DNA from: Nitrososphaeria archaeon
Lineage (GTDB): Archaea > Thermoproteota > Nitrososphaeria_A > Caldarchaeales > JAVZCJ01
DNA length: 64,000 nucleotides
Direction of reading: 5' to 3'
Assembly (NCBI GenBank): GCA_041862235.1
Contig: JBGVSY010000035.1
Coordinates: 16,479 to 80,478 of the forward strand
The position numbers were made by a program, and so were the translations under genes. A model generated the notes under the pieces. It had not been told where the DNA came from and did no database searches. It saw only the letters and a program-made list of their open reading frames with translations. Position 1 is the first letter of the stretch, and every line of letters starts with the position of its first letter. Below, in pieces: positions 30,150 through 40,058 of this stretch.

Positions 30150-31223
30150 ATGAAGATCTGGTTTGACGCTCTCACTCCAAAGCAGTTCTTGCTCTTTCAT
30201 TCTCTGAAGAATGAATTCGAGAAGCGAGGAGTGGATGTTTGGTTTACATCTCGGGACTATGAACAAGTTCTACCTTTGATACGAATGCTGAATGCTGATG
30301 TTGAGATTGTGGGAAAATTCGGGGGAGGTACGATGAAAGGCAAACTGCAGGCAAGCATCCTCAGATCGAAGAAACTCCTGAGGAGTGTGTCTCGAGAGAA
30401 ACCCGACGCCGCGATGTCCGGAGGTTCACCTGAATCAGCAAGGATTGCCTATGGTCTTACCTTTCCACATTTCTGCATGTCAGATTCCCCTCACTCACCA
30501 GTCTTTCCCTTGTGCCTACCGATCACTGAGATCCTTTTCTCTCCGTGGATCATTAGATTTGAAGAGTGGAGAAAACATGGGATATCGCGCTCTCATGTTA
30601 GGCATTACAAGGCGTTAGACCCGGTCTTTTGGTTGACCAACGTCTCTCCGAAAAGATCTGTCTTGCAAGATCTGCGGCTCAAAGAGGGCCAATATGTTTT
30701 AGTTAGGGTTCCAGAGGTACTTGCCTCATACTTGCTGGGAGTCAAGGGCGGCGGCAATTCAAAAACTATGAATTTTATTCGGGGACTCCCTTCAATTTTT
30801 CCGGAGCAAAGGATAGTGATCATGACTAGGTACTCAAGGCAAGGCAAAATCTTTAGAAGACTCGGCAACAGAATACTGTTGGTCGATAGAGTAGTCGATG
30901 GAACTAACTTGGTTCGTTTCGCCTCCCTTTTCATAGGCGGTGGCGGAACCATGACGCAGGAAGCAGCGCTGCTCGGGGTTCCAGCGATCTCCATCTTTCC
31001 AGGGCCTAAGCTGACCGTCATGGAATACCTACGTAGAAAAGGGCTGGTAACCAATTTCTCTGATCCAGACCTGGCGCTGAAATATTTGCGTAGAGCGTCC
31101 ACAAGAATTATAGAGTTGGCCGAGAAACAGAGAAAACTCTGCCGCTCGCTCTGGCGGATTATGAACGACCCCAAACCCCAGATAGCTACAGATGTGATTT
31201 CGTGGACGGAACGATCGAGTTGA
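30150..31223 (+). CDS. DUF354-family protein (GT-B fold, UDP-GlcNAc 2-epimerase-like)
   Basis: N-terminus MKIWFDALTPKQ and a length of 357 aa, typical of archaeal DUF354 proteins found in glycosylation clusters. Confidence 0.5.
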   Translation: MKIWFDALTPKQFLLFHSLKNEFEKRGVDVWFTSRDYEQVLPLIRMLNADVEIVGKFGGGTMKGKLQASILRSKKLLRSVSREKPDAAMSGGSPESARIAYGLTFPHFCMSDSPHSPVFPLCLPITEILFSPWIIRFEEWRKHGISRSHVRHYKALDPVFWLTNVSPKRSVLQDLRLKEGQYVLVRVPEVLASYLLGVKGGGNSKTMNFIRGLPSIFPEQRIVIMTRYSRQGKIFRRLGNRILLVDRVVDGTNLVRFASLFIGGGGTMTQEAALLGVPAISIFPGPKLTVMEYLRRKGLVTNFSDPDLALKYLRRASTRIIELAEKQRKLCRSLWRIMNDPKPQIATDVISWTERSS

Positions 31224-31244
31224 CGATCGATCGCCCAAACGTAG

Positions 31245-31832
31245 AGGAGAAAGGTTGCTGAGGAGTGTAAAGACTGTTCTCAAGGGACAGTTCGTTTGTT
31301 ACTCCTCTTCATTGTGGGCAGCTTCTCCATTGGGGCCTTCAACTACTCGTTTGTCCTGTTGAAGGCAAGGGATGTTGGCATACCATAAACTTAAGTCCCG
31401 ATAGTGTACTCAGTAATCCAGGTAGCTCACACAGCCATGGCAATACCAGCATGCTTCCTATCCGACAAGATAGGCAGGGAGGAGGTTCTCATCATGGGCT
31501 ATGTGACTTTCCTTCTCTCAGCTCTCTTTCTCTTTCTACCCTTTGAAAGCTTTTTCTACGCTTTCCTTGTCGCCGCTGTTTACGGAGCCTACTTAGGAAT
31601 TGTGGAGACTGTCCAGAGCGTGTTAGTCCCAGGATACACGCATGGTGATCTAAGGGGCACAGCCTATGGACTCTACTACCTCGTTGTAGGAGCATCGTTT
31701 TCAGTGACTAACACGGTTGTTGGAGCATTATGGGAATACGTGAATCTAAGAATAGTGGAGAGTTACACCATCGTGACATCGATAGTCGCCGCGGTAGGCA
31801 TGATGGTTCTTCGAAAGATTCGAAGGGCTTGA
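31245..31832 (+). pseudogene. MFS transporter C-terminal remnant interrupted by two in-frame TAA codons
   Basis: Frame 0 reads ...LLLFIVGSFSIGAFNYSFVLLKARDVGIP-TAA-T-TAA-VPIVYSVIQVAHTAMAIPACFLSDKIGREEV... (MFS motif A) and continues for 142 codons. No N-terminal six-helix half is present upstream. Confidence 0.5.
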
Positions 31833-31927
31833 TTCTTTGATCGATCGCAAGTTCCTTCATTCCACTTAATGTTGAGGAATCAATCGAGAATGCGGCCAAC
31901 GATCAATGAGACTATCCGTTCCGCCAC

Positions 31928-34225
31928 TCATGGCGGGGTAGAGATGTGGGACACGGTCAAGCGGTAGGGGAGATACTTATTGGTATGATAGATCACGTAT
32001 CCGCCTCCGGGCAGGGATACGCTGAACTCGTTAACTTCATGCTGAAGAACCGCGGCGGGAGTGAGCCATCCCCGAGAGAAGTCTTGAGTGTAAATCGCGA
32101 ACAGGAGCCTCCCTTGAAGATCGGGGGGTGTCACTCGTAGGATTTGATTGATATAAGAGACGTAATCCCATAAGGTCCTGTTCTGCTTCATGTAGAATAC
32201 CGAGTTGATCCAAGGAGATGTCTTCAGTACAAGGTAGTCAGTCAAACGTATCATTGTCTGGTATTGATCGTGGGGCTGAATGTCGCCCGCATCCTCAACG
32301 AGCAGCAACTTGCCGCTTTCCTTGAATCTCGGAGAAACGGCGCTCAACAGCCGCGTGATGCTGTTAAACGTTTCTGCTGGGACAGTACTGCTGCTGTCTG
32401 ACCAATCCATCAGAGACACCCCATCCATCTTGAAGTCATCGACTATTTGGAGCATCCTGTCCGCGAAATACTCAGCGTATATTTCTCCTCTGATGATTCC
32501 ATAGTCAGAGTCATCTTCCAAGCTCGCGTCGAAAGCGATCTCTCCAGTTCGGTTGAGCAACTCTGGATGACGGTTGAGCAACCAATCAGACTCGTATCCT
32601 TGGAAACCCAGATGCACATCAACTATCTTGGGTTGCAGAAAGATTCCTAGCACGACTTGGTACCTGAAATTATGCAACGTTCTTGTCAGAGACAATAAGT
32701 CCCCCTGCGTCCACTCGTAGGCGCCCAACTTGTATCTGAAATACTTCGATATGCTATCTGAGGAGTTGAATCCTGAGTACGTGTTGATGAAATCTGGTCC
32801 AAGCGGCAGAACAACATGCGTCAAGTTGTACATGGATTGAAATGTGTCCATGTCATACTCGAGTTCTGGTCTGAAGGCCGAATCCAGACTCTCTGACACC
32901 CCTACACGTATCGTTCTGTAGGGAAGAACCACGCCGCTCGGGGTGGGGTATACAATAACAAACACTAACAGAGTTGCGAGCAAGGACGTAACGAGGATCT
33001 TACCGCGACGGCTGAGAATCTGACGCCGCATGCCCATGAACCTTGACAGTGCAGATATCACACCGCTGGTCCAGTAAAGAGCGAACAGTATAGCAGCCGC
33101 CCCGATCACACCGAAGAACTGGTGGCGAGGTTCGGAGACCTTTCCAATCATGTCCAAGCTGAAGAAGTTGACCAGCGGAAGGGTAACGGCGATCCACCCC
33201 ATCGCGGTGATCACTAGGATCACGAAGAAGCTCTTCATCTTGACGTCTCCTCGCTGGAAATAGTCGATTATCACAAGCGGAAGAACCCATGTCACATACT
33301 GCACGTTGACTTTGGTTGAAGTCGCAAAAAAAGCTAGAATGATTAGGAACGATAGCAGATATATGCCGTTGTGAGGATCTTCAAACATCTTGTTGGCTCG
33401 ACGGTAAGAAATAAACACTATCAACAGCATAATCGCTGTGGCAACCGCTCCAAGGATCTGGCTGTTCACTATAGACGATAGGAAGACCCAGTATGTGAAC
33501 TGGCCCACCTGCCCGAAATGCTTAAGCAACGCATTCAGATACGCAAGAGGATCTCCAAGATATGGAATTGATATAAGCAGAGGAAATGAGATGAAAGGTA
33601 GTATGTGTTTCCAAAGGACTTTGGAAGGTCTTAGTTTGACGCGGCGGACAAGTAGAGGGATGGTTGCCATTAGAAGAAGGCTGGGGAAGATCTTCACAGC
33701 CGCTCCTACTCCCAAGAAGAATCCGGCGCACGAGTACCTTCGGTTCCAGAAGTAATAGAGTCCGAGGAGAGCGAAGAATATTGCTAGAGAATCAAACATG
33801 CCCCAGACAGCCGAGATGTAGAATGAGATAGGGTTGAAGAGCCAGAACGACATCGCGAGTAAAGCCTTCTTGTTGTCTTTCTGACTCTGACCCTTCGTCA
33901 TGATTTTCCAGATGAGAACACCGACGGCAATATCAGCCAGGATGGGGAGAAGCTTTATCGCCGCTACATAGGCCCCCAGGTTTTGAAGGGACCTAGTCAA
34001 GATGTAGGCCGTTGCACACCAGCCCAGCCAGACCGGAGGATACGTGTAAGAACCCCATGGGTAGTCCACCTCACGGACTTCATACACATTAGTGTGTTGC
34101 TCAACAGTTTGGCTTCCCACTGTTGTCCAGATGCTCACATCCCACGGGTGTCCGAAGAAAGGAGCCACAATCAATCTTATTAGGAAAGCACCTAGCAACA
34201 AAAGCAGGACTTTCTTTGGCATCAC
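31928..34225 (-). CDS. Large GT-C-fold membrane glycosyltransferase-like protein (PMT/ArnT-like) with a C-terminal soluble domain
   Basis: 765 aa, with about 13 N-terminal transmembrane helices followed by a large hydrophilic domain. No WWDYG motif is seen, so it is not called as AglB. Confidence 0.45.
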   Translation of the reverse strand: MMPKKVLLLLLGAFLIRLIVAPFFGHPWDVSIWTTVGSQTVEQHTNVYEVREVDYPWGSYTYPPVWLGWCATAYILTRSLQNLGAYVAAIKLLPILADIAVGVLIWKIMTKGQSQKDNKKALLAMSFWLFNPISFYISAVWGMFDSLAIFFALLGLYYFWNRRYSCAGFFLGVGAAVKIFPSLLLMATIPLLVRRVKLRPSKVLWKHILPFISFPLLISIPYLGDPLAYLNALLKHFGQVGQFTYWVFLSSIVNSQILGAVATAIMLLIVFISYRRANKMFEDPHNGIYLLSFLIILAFFATSTKVNVQYVTWVLPLVIIDYFQRGDVKMKSFFVILVITAMGWIAVTLPLVNFFSLDMIGKVSEPRHQFFGVIGAAAILFALYWTSGVISALSRFMGMRRQILSRRGKILVTSLLATLLVFVIVYPTPSGVVLPYRTIRVGVSESLDSAFRPELEYDMDTFQSMYNLTHVVLPLGPDFINTYSGFNSSDSISKYFRYKLGAYEWTQGDLLSLTRTLHNFRYQVVLGIFLQPKIVDVHLGFQGYESDWLLNRHPELLNRTGEIAFDASLEDDSDYGIIRGEIYAEYFADRMLQIVDDFKMDGVSLMDWSDSSSTVPAETFNSITRLLSAVSPRFKESGKLLLVEDAGDIQPHDQYQTMIRLTDYLVLKTSPWINSVFYMKQNRTLWDYVSYINQILRVTPPDLQGRLLFAIYTQDFSRGWLTPAAVLQHEVNEFSVSLPGGGYVIYHTNKYLPYRLTVSHISTPP

Positions 34226-34726
34226 ACCTGTTCACCGAAAGTTGACACTCAACCGATGCTTAGCTTGGTTCATTTGCTCCGGGAGGTGCTTAATGCACTT
34301 GTCTGGCCACATCCCTAATTCACGCCTATGGAAATTCCTTGACGCTCTCTGTCAGCTGCTCGAGCTCCGACAACGCTATTCTGACTCCTTCTCGATCAGT
34401 TCGGAGCGTCGTCGAGTGGAACCTGTTTTTCACGGCCCTCGCCTGGTGTTCAATAGGTTTCGGTTTTCTCTCTCCAACCGATGTACGATGAAATATATAA
34501 CGTTCACCGGTCAGCTTCGACCTTCCACATACTTCTCTCCATAGTCATACCAGGCATTTTGCAGTCATGCATTCAATTTCCATCGATCGATAGTCAGTAC
34601 GACTAAGGAGCTTGTCAAGATTCAAACGACAAATCCACGAGCCATCATCGGTGAACCTTGGAGAGAGCCAAATCCTACATATAGGGTGGTGTGCGACCCT
34701 GCATCGTTCTACTACAAGAAGATTAA

Positions 34727-35467
34727 CTACCTAGATCTGACCGCCTTTATTATTTGAGAAAGTCTTCGACTGCTCTCTTCCGCAATCGTTCCTGTGACAA
34801 TAATCTTTGCTCCGGATCTAACTGCGTCGGAAGCAGCCCTTGGACTTCGAATCCCTCCTCCCACAACAACAGGCACATCCACAACCCTCACGACTGTCCT
34901 CACTGTTGAGGGAGGAATCGGCGAAGAAGCCCCTGAACCTGCCTCCAAATAGACAAAATGCATGCCGAGATACTGGGCTGCCAGTGCATAGGCGGAGGCG
35001 ACCTCTCCGTGGAAGGGAGAAAGCGGGATTACTCGTCCCATGACGGCAGCTGCTGTGTCGCTACCAAAGATCATATACCCTAGAGGAATCGCCTCGATCC
35101 CGAGTTTCTTCACGAGTAGTGCTCCCTGCATCTGAGCACCGATGATATAGTACCACTCGATGGAGTTCAATAAGGACATAAACCAGACAGCATCGCAATG
35201 ACGACTCAACGCGTTAATGTTGTTGGGGAACACTATTGCTGGAATGGAGATTTCTTCCTTGATTCTCTTGAGGAAGTGGTCTAAGTCCTGTATAGAGGTG
35301 AGTGTTGATCCTCCTACCATTATTGCTGAAGTGCCTTGAGATTCAGCGAATGCGGCTTGCTTGGCTCCTTTCTCTGGGTCTAGGTTTATGGGATCCAGTA
35401 GAGTCATATGAATAGGGTTCTTTTCAGTATTTTCGAGTATGTATTGTTCCACTCTCCCGATCTTCAC
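34727..35467 (-). CDS. Geranylgeranylglyceryl phosphate synthase (PcrB/GGGPS family)
   Basis: YLEAGSGA and VVGGGIRS motifs and an MTLLDPINLDP region, with a GTG start at 35467. The tracked ORF's N-terminal extension overlaps the upstream elf1. Confidence 0.7.
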   Translation of the reverse strand: MKIGRVEQYILENTEKNPIHMTLLDPINLDPEKGAKQAAFAESQGTSAIMVGGSTLTSIQDLDHFLKRIKEEISIPAIVFPNNINALSRHCDAVWFMSLLNSIEWYYIIGAQMQGALLVKKLGIEAIPLGYMIFGSDTAAAVMGRVIPLSPFHGEVASAYALAAQYLGMHFVYLEAGSGASSPIPPSTVRTVVRVVDVPVVVGGGIRSPRAASDAVRSGAKIIVTGTIAEESSRRLSQIIKAVRSR

Positions 35468-35495
35468 GCTGCTTCTTTCTCCTTGACTTGGCGTC

Positions 35496-35798
35496 TCAAG
35501 GCTCGCTTTTCTCTGCCGTCCTCTCCTGAGACACAGCAGTCTTGTCAGAGCTTGCCGCCGCGAGGGCTTCTCGCTTGACGATTCTGTCGTAGAAAGCACA
35601 GTATGCATCTACAGGCATGTGGATGGGGAGTATCTCGACCTCGTCAGTTAGGTTGCAGTTGGAGCAGATTATGATAGCTTTCTTCTCTTTCCTGTGAACT
35701 TCAGCCGTCACGGTTTCATGGTGACAAACAGGGCAGAGGAACATTGTGGGGTAGGGTTTTACTGTTCTCCTGATCACCTTTCGTCTACGTCGCCCCAA
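35496..35798 (-). CDS. elf1: Transcription elongation factor Elf1-like zinc-ribbon protein
   Basis: MGRRRRKVIRR...FLCPVCHHETV...IICSNCNL...PVDAYCAFYD matches the Elf1 pattern F.CPFCNHE...C..C...EPVDVYS.W.D. Confidence 0.7.
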   Translation of the reverse strand: MGRRRRKVIRRTVKPYPTMFLCPVCHHETVTAEVHRKEKKAIIICSNCNLTDEVEILPIHMPVDAYCAFYDRIVKREALAAASSDKTAVSQERTAEKSEP

Positions 35799-35956
35799 GG
35801 TTCGAAGCCTCCAAGCATCATTGAAGACTTGATCAAGTCAGATATAAATAGCTTGAGAGGTGTGGCATGCTTAGTTCCTGAATTATCGTTGTACGGGTTC
35901 TCCGGGGGTTTCTTGCTTCAGCGATATGTCTAAGGTAAATGTAATACGGATTGATT

Positions 35957-36110
35957 GGCGCCGGGAGTGGGACTTCCAGTGGTCTTCACCACCTTTGAAC
36001 CCACGAGACCCCGAAGGGTCACAGGCTCTCTGGCCATTGTCATATAGGATCTCGAGGCCTGCGCTTCAGCGAGAGCTGAAACTGCGCTTTAACCACTCAG
36101 CCATCCCGGC
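35957..36110 (-). tRNA. tRNA-Ser (anticodon CGA) with three introns, near the 26/27 junction, in the anticodon loop at 37/38, and in the T-loop at 59/60. CCA is encoded.
   Basis: The minus-strand sequence has acceptor GCCGGGA pairing with UCCCGGC followed by GCCA, a D arm GCU...AGC-G, and an insert of about 23 nt flanked by a GCGCAG direct repeat. The anticodon stem is CAGGC/GCCUG with loop CUCGAG plus a 23-nt intron, a Ser-type variable arm ACCCUUCGGGGU, and a T stem GUGGG/CCCAC with UUCAAA, a 21-nt intron, then U. A TATA-like agtattaagg lies about 35 nt upstream. Confidence 0.65.
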
Positions 36111-36271
36111 GATTTCATCGTCTGAGAACGTTGCCTTAATACTTTGCTGAGGTGAGCGATGAGAGGCTGGGGTTTGTTTCAACTTAGCTAGCAGGTCAAT
36201 TGTAATTGATGAGTACACGTGGTTGGACGGGTTCCCAGTAGTTTATTGAAACACCGAAGTTATCCTGAAGA

Positions 36272-37504
36272 TCAGCTTCTTTTCATGGCCTCCTCGAGCG
36301 CGGCGACTCCTGGGAGGGTCTTTCCGGACAGATAGGTGATGAGTGCTCCGCCTGCAAGGCTCACGTAGCCGAACTTTGACGGGTCTATTCTCAGAGCTTC
36401 GATGGCTGAGAGGGTGTCACCTCCTCCCACGAGGGAGAAGCCCTTGGAAGCGGCTACCGCTTCAAAAACCGTCTTAGTTCCTTTTTGGAAGTTCTTATCC
36501 TCGTAGACTCCTGGGGGTCCCTTCAATATTATTGCGTTGGCTTTACGTGCGATCTCCCCGTACCTCGTAGCAGTCTCTGTTCCTATATCCATGATCATGG
36601 CGTCCACTGGAAGATTACCCACGAGCATTTCCTTCCTTTGATCTCCTACGTTTGCTGCCACGTCTACGGGAACGCCTATCTTCGCACCGTAGTTCCTCAC
36701 TGTTTCTTTTGCTTCCTCTAGTATGCTCAAGAAGTTCTTTTTCTCCATGAAATCCTCAGTAGGTTTTCCAAGTGTGTGGCCCTGCGCTACGAGGAAGATC
36801 TGTCCTAGAACTCCGCAGGACAATACTTTCTCTACAGTTTCGGGTTTAGTGGCTAGAACGTGTTGCGCTATGCTGAGGCAGTCATCGGGTTTCGCTCCAC
36901 CCAGCAAGAAGACGTTGCCTCCCCTTGGGTCCCAAACCTTGTCCACCGAGGTTAGTTCGCGTTCCATCACTCTACCGGCTGCTGATGGAAGAACTTTGGT
37001 GAAGCCGACGATTGAAGCATGAGATCTGTGAGATACAGAGAAGGCGTCATTCACAAATATATCTGCCAGGGGCGCCAACATCTTGACTAGTTGTCCCTCC
37101 TCGTGTTCCTCGGGCGGTAGCTTTTTCGTCTCTTCGTCCAGCAGCCTCACGTTGTTCAGAAGAATGATCTCTCCGTTCCTCATCGCCTTGATTGTTCGCT
37201 GGGCCTCCTCACCTATCACGTCTGCCACAAAAATCACCTTCTTTCCCACGTGTTTGCTCAGTAGTTGACTATGTTGTTCGAGAGAGGTGAAGTCTGGGTC
37301 TCCCTTTCTTCCCTGATGACCCATCACCACTACTTTAGCTCCTTTGTCCGACAGCTCCCTGATGGTCTCACCGTGTGCCTTTATCCTCTCGGAGTCCGAG
37401 ATCTCCTTTGTCCCCTCGTCATAGGGAGAGTTTACATCTACTCTGAGCAGAACGGTCTTTCCCTCAAAATTGAAGTCGTCCATCGTGAGATACTTCTTCG
37501 CCAA
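36272..37504 (-). CDS. pgk: Phosphoglycerate kinase
   Basis: Full-length 410 aa with conserved PGK blocks (LLRVDVNSP, GGGDT, VGGGAL-like C-terminus). Confidence 0.85.
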   Translation of the reverse strand: MAKKYLTMDDFNFEGKTVLLRVDVNSPYDEGTKEISDSERIKAHGETIRELSDKGAKVVVMGHQGRKGDPDFTSLEQHSQLLSKHVGKKVIFVADVIGEEAQRTIKAMRNGEIILLNNVRLLDEETKKLPPEEHEEGQLVKMLAPLADIFVNDAFSVSHRSHASIVGFTKVLPSAAGRVMERELTSVDKVWDPRGGNVFLLGGAKPDDCLSIAQHVLATKPETVEKVLSCGVLGQIFLVAQGHTLGKPTEDFMEKKNFLSILEEAKETVRNYGAKIGVPVDVAANVGDQRKEMLVGNLPVDAMIMDIGTETATRYGEIARKANAIILKGPPGVYEDKNFQKGTKTVFEAVAASKGFSLVGGGDTLSAIEALRIDPSKFGYVSLAGGALITYLSGKTLPGVAALEEAMKRS

Positions 37505-37948
37505 ATGTACTCAGATCCTCCTCCAGCTAAGCGGGACAACAACAATAAAAGAATGTTGCTGAGGATGACCCCGCTGGACCTGCGTCGGGAGTAGGTATGG
37601 GTCGAGGTACGCAGTTCAGCTGACTTCTGACCTCCGCCTAGACAAGGCTTGAACGTGCATGTGTTGGTTGATGCAGCTAGAACAAATCCGAACGTTTCTG
37701 GCACTGGCGTCAACTACAGTCGAAAGTATTCACTCGACATCAAACTGATTGATCAAATGGTTTTGGCGCGAGTTCGTTCGATCCACCTTCATACGCGAAG
37801 CTTAAATACACAATAACGGGGGTCTTGCATTGGAGAAACACAGCACGGGTGGTGGAGGGTTCTCTCGGGCGCACCAGCGCTCGCGCCTCTGACTTCGTTA
37901 GGGTCGACCACCCGTCAATAAACAACCCATTCTCTTTTTGAACCATTC

Positions 37949-38482
37949 TTACGTGAGCCTTATCTCGTCTGCAATTTCATCCAAGGATATGTATAGATCA
38001 GCGGTCGTCTTCAATTCCCTTCCTATCCCTACGGTGAAGGCAGCTACTTCTACCCTCTTACCCAGACGTTGGATCTCCTCAACGGCTCCAATCAGATCGT
38101 TGTCTCCACTTACCACAATTGCTGTGTCGTATGTGTTTTGGAATGCTAGAGCCAGCATGTCTGTCACCAACGTCACGTCAACTCCTTTTTCGACATGAGT
38201 ATAGATTTTCTCGCTGCAGTAGGGGCATTGATACTCACGTCTCCTCAGCGGCGAGGTCTTTACGTTGATCCCGGAATGCCGCAGTGCGTCAAAGAACTGA
38301 ATCTGCCCCTTGTTGGGAGGGACTCCATGAGGCCCGTAGAAATATGGCCTAACAAGCTTTCGTCCAGCAACTAATCTTTCTATTAGCTTTCCATAGTGTA
38401 CCTTGAAGCCTCGAGAAAACTTCGGGGCCGTATGAAATATGTTTGATCCATCGATGAATATGGCAACTCTCTCCTCAGACAC
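37949..38482 (-). CDS. NYN/LabA-like (PIN-fold) domain protein with an inserted zinc ribbon
   Basis: VAIFIDGSNIFH NYN signature, CPYCSEK, and a GDNDL acidic motif. Confidence 0.65.
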   Translation of the reverse strand: MSEERVAIFIDGSNIFHTAPKFSRGFKVHYGKLIERLVAGRKLVRPYFYGPHGVPPNKGQIQFFDALRHSGINVKTSPLRRREYQCPYCSEKIYTHVEKGVDVTLVTDMLALAFQNTYDTAIVVSGDNDLIGAVEEIQRLGKRVEVAAFTVGIGRELKTTADLYISLDEIADEIRLT

Positions 38483-38709
38483 AGTTACCCCTCGCCTTAT
38501 ACAGCTACAAACACAGCTTTTGAGAAAACGATATTTAAGCGTGCTACGCAGATGGATTGAACGGATGGTCTATGGGGATCTTTAACGTCCCGATTGAGGG
38601 GGCAGGGGATGCTTTCCGGGTTTGAGGGCTTTTTGTGCCTTCTAATCGGGGACTTGCACACTACCTGACCGATCGGGGCTTTGGAGGGAGAGATTCTATT
38701 GGAGGTCTA

Positions 38710-39717
38710 TCAGGGTCTGACTCCGCAGAGTATTGCGGTCAGTAGTGATGATGCGGTCAGGTCAGCTGTCGTTCCTGGGTTCAGTTCATTGCCAGCTGTA
38801 CGTAGCTCTTTATCAAACGCCTTTAGTTCCCGTTGTCCGTTGAGAGTTAAGAGTCCTCCTGCTTTCAGCACTTGGGACGCCCTCGACGACACCCTACGTG
38901 CTTCCTTCAAACCTATCTTTGTGGCGTGACGAATATCCTTTGTAAACCGTGTTCCAACTTTTCGTGCGATGAATGTATCTGGGACTCTATCCAGTATTGT
39001 AAGAAACGTGTGAACTGTGGCTGTGTTGATGTCGCCTGTGTCTCTATAGGTTTTGATGAAGGTAGGGCACCCAATCTCGAAAGTGATGCGCATGTCGCTT
39101 GTCCATTCTCTTGCTATGTTATCCCACTCGGCTGAGGTCTTCATGACTGCAAAAAGGGTGATCCCCTCTTTGGCTATCCTTGATTCAGCGTTCTTCTCGT
39201 TTAGGCTGGGAGCCATCAAGCTCTCTAATTCTCCTAAGCCAGCAGGTTTCGCAAGCCGGATTGCTCTGTAGACATCCAACGTGTCTTTTGTTGTGGTCGC
39301 GCGCACCACCTTTGCAACGTTCTTTCTAAGGGAGCGGATTGTCAGCTTGCCAGATGATGCAAACGTGAGACCCGCTGATGCTGCCAGAGGGATGAACAGT
39401 AGCGATACGCCTAGGTGTGTATTGCCTCCTCTGTGCCACGAACGAACATCGGAGACGGCCTTCTTGATGCAGTTCCCTAGGCCCAGTTCTTCCATTGATA
39501 TCTTACCTGAAGCCTCCAGAACTCCACGTTTGGCTGCTCGCCTCACTGCTGGACCAAGCGCGATTGATCCTGCTAAGAATTGTTCGAACCTAGTATCGGC
39601 GAAATCAGCCACTCTGTGCACGTTTCCCGGCTTTGGCCAGCCACTCACTTCTAGGGCGCCTGCCAGTTGAGCCGCCCGCATCACTTCATCTGGGAAACTC
39701 CGCAACCGTATCTGCAT
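38710..39717 (-). CDS. Triphosphoribosyl-dephospho-CoA synthase (CitG/MdcB) family protein
   Basis: GNVHR and NPGTTADL motifs, 335 aa. Confidence 0.7.
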   Translation of the reverse strand: MQIRLRSFPDEVMRAAQLAGALEVSGWPKPGNVHRVADFADTRFEQFLAGSIALGPAVRRAAKRGVLEASGKISMEELGLGNCIKKAVSDVRSWHRGGNTHLGVSLLFIPLAASAGLTFASSGKLTIRSLRKNVAKVVRATTTKDTLDVYRAIRLAKPAGLGELESLMAPSLNEKNAESRIAKEGITLFAVMKTSAEWDNIAREWTSDMRITFEIGCPTFIKTYRDTGDINTATVHTFLTILDRVPDTFIARKVGTRFTKDIRHATKIGLKEARRVSSRASQVLKAGGLLTLNGQRELKAFDKELRTAGNELNPGTTADLTASSLLTAILCGVRP

Positions 39718-40058
39718 CCGTTCCTCGCCGTTTCACGTTCTGTCATCTACCGCGATAGAATGGTCATTTATCCTTTTTGCGCCTCCCGTCTGTTTCTTGG
39801 TGTTCCTGACGGACATGCAATAAACGGGTTGTTCCAAACCTTTGAGGATTCGTTCTTGAAGCTTTGTGTAATGGTGAGGGGGTGGCATAGTATAGATAAA
39901 ACCTAAAGCATCGCTGTAACTATGTGGGCTAAGCTTCGACCTCAGAGATGACTGCCCATGACGAACACAAGGAAAGCTTAAACAAGACTCTCAATGGAGG
40001 AGCAAGAGGGAAGCGCGCTAGCATCGACCTTTGAAACACCTGAAAGAAGTGTTGCGGT

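Noticed and set aside
38681-39670. Plus-strand ORFs 38681-38929, 38872-39135, 39053-39271 and 39281-39670
   Set aside because: All are antisense overlaps of the well-supported CitG-family gene on the minus strand.
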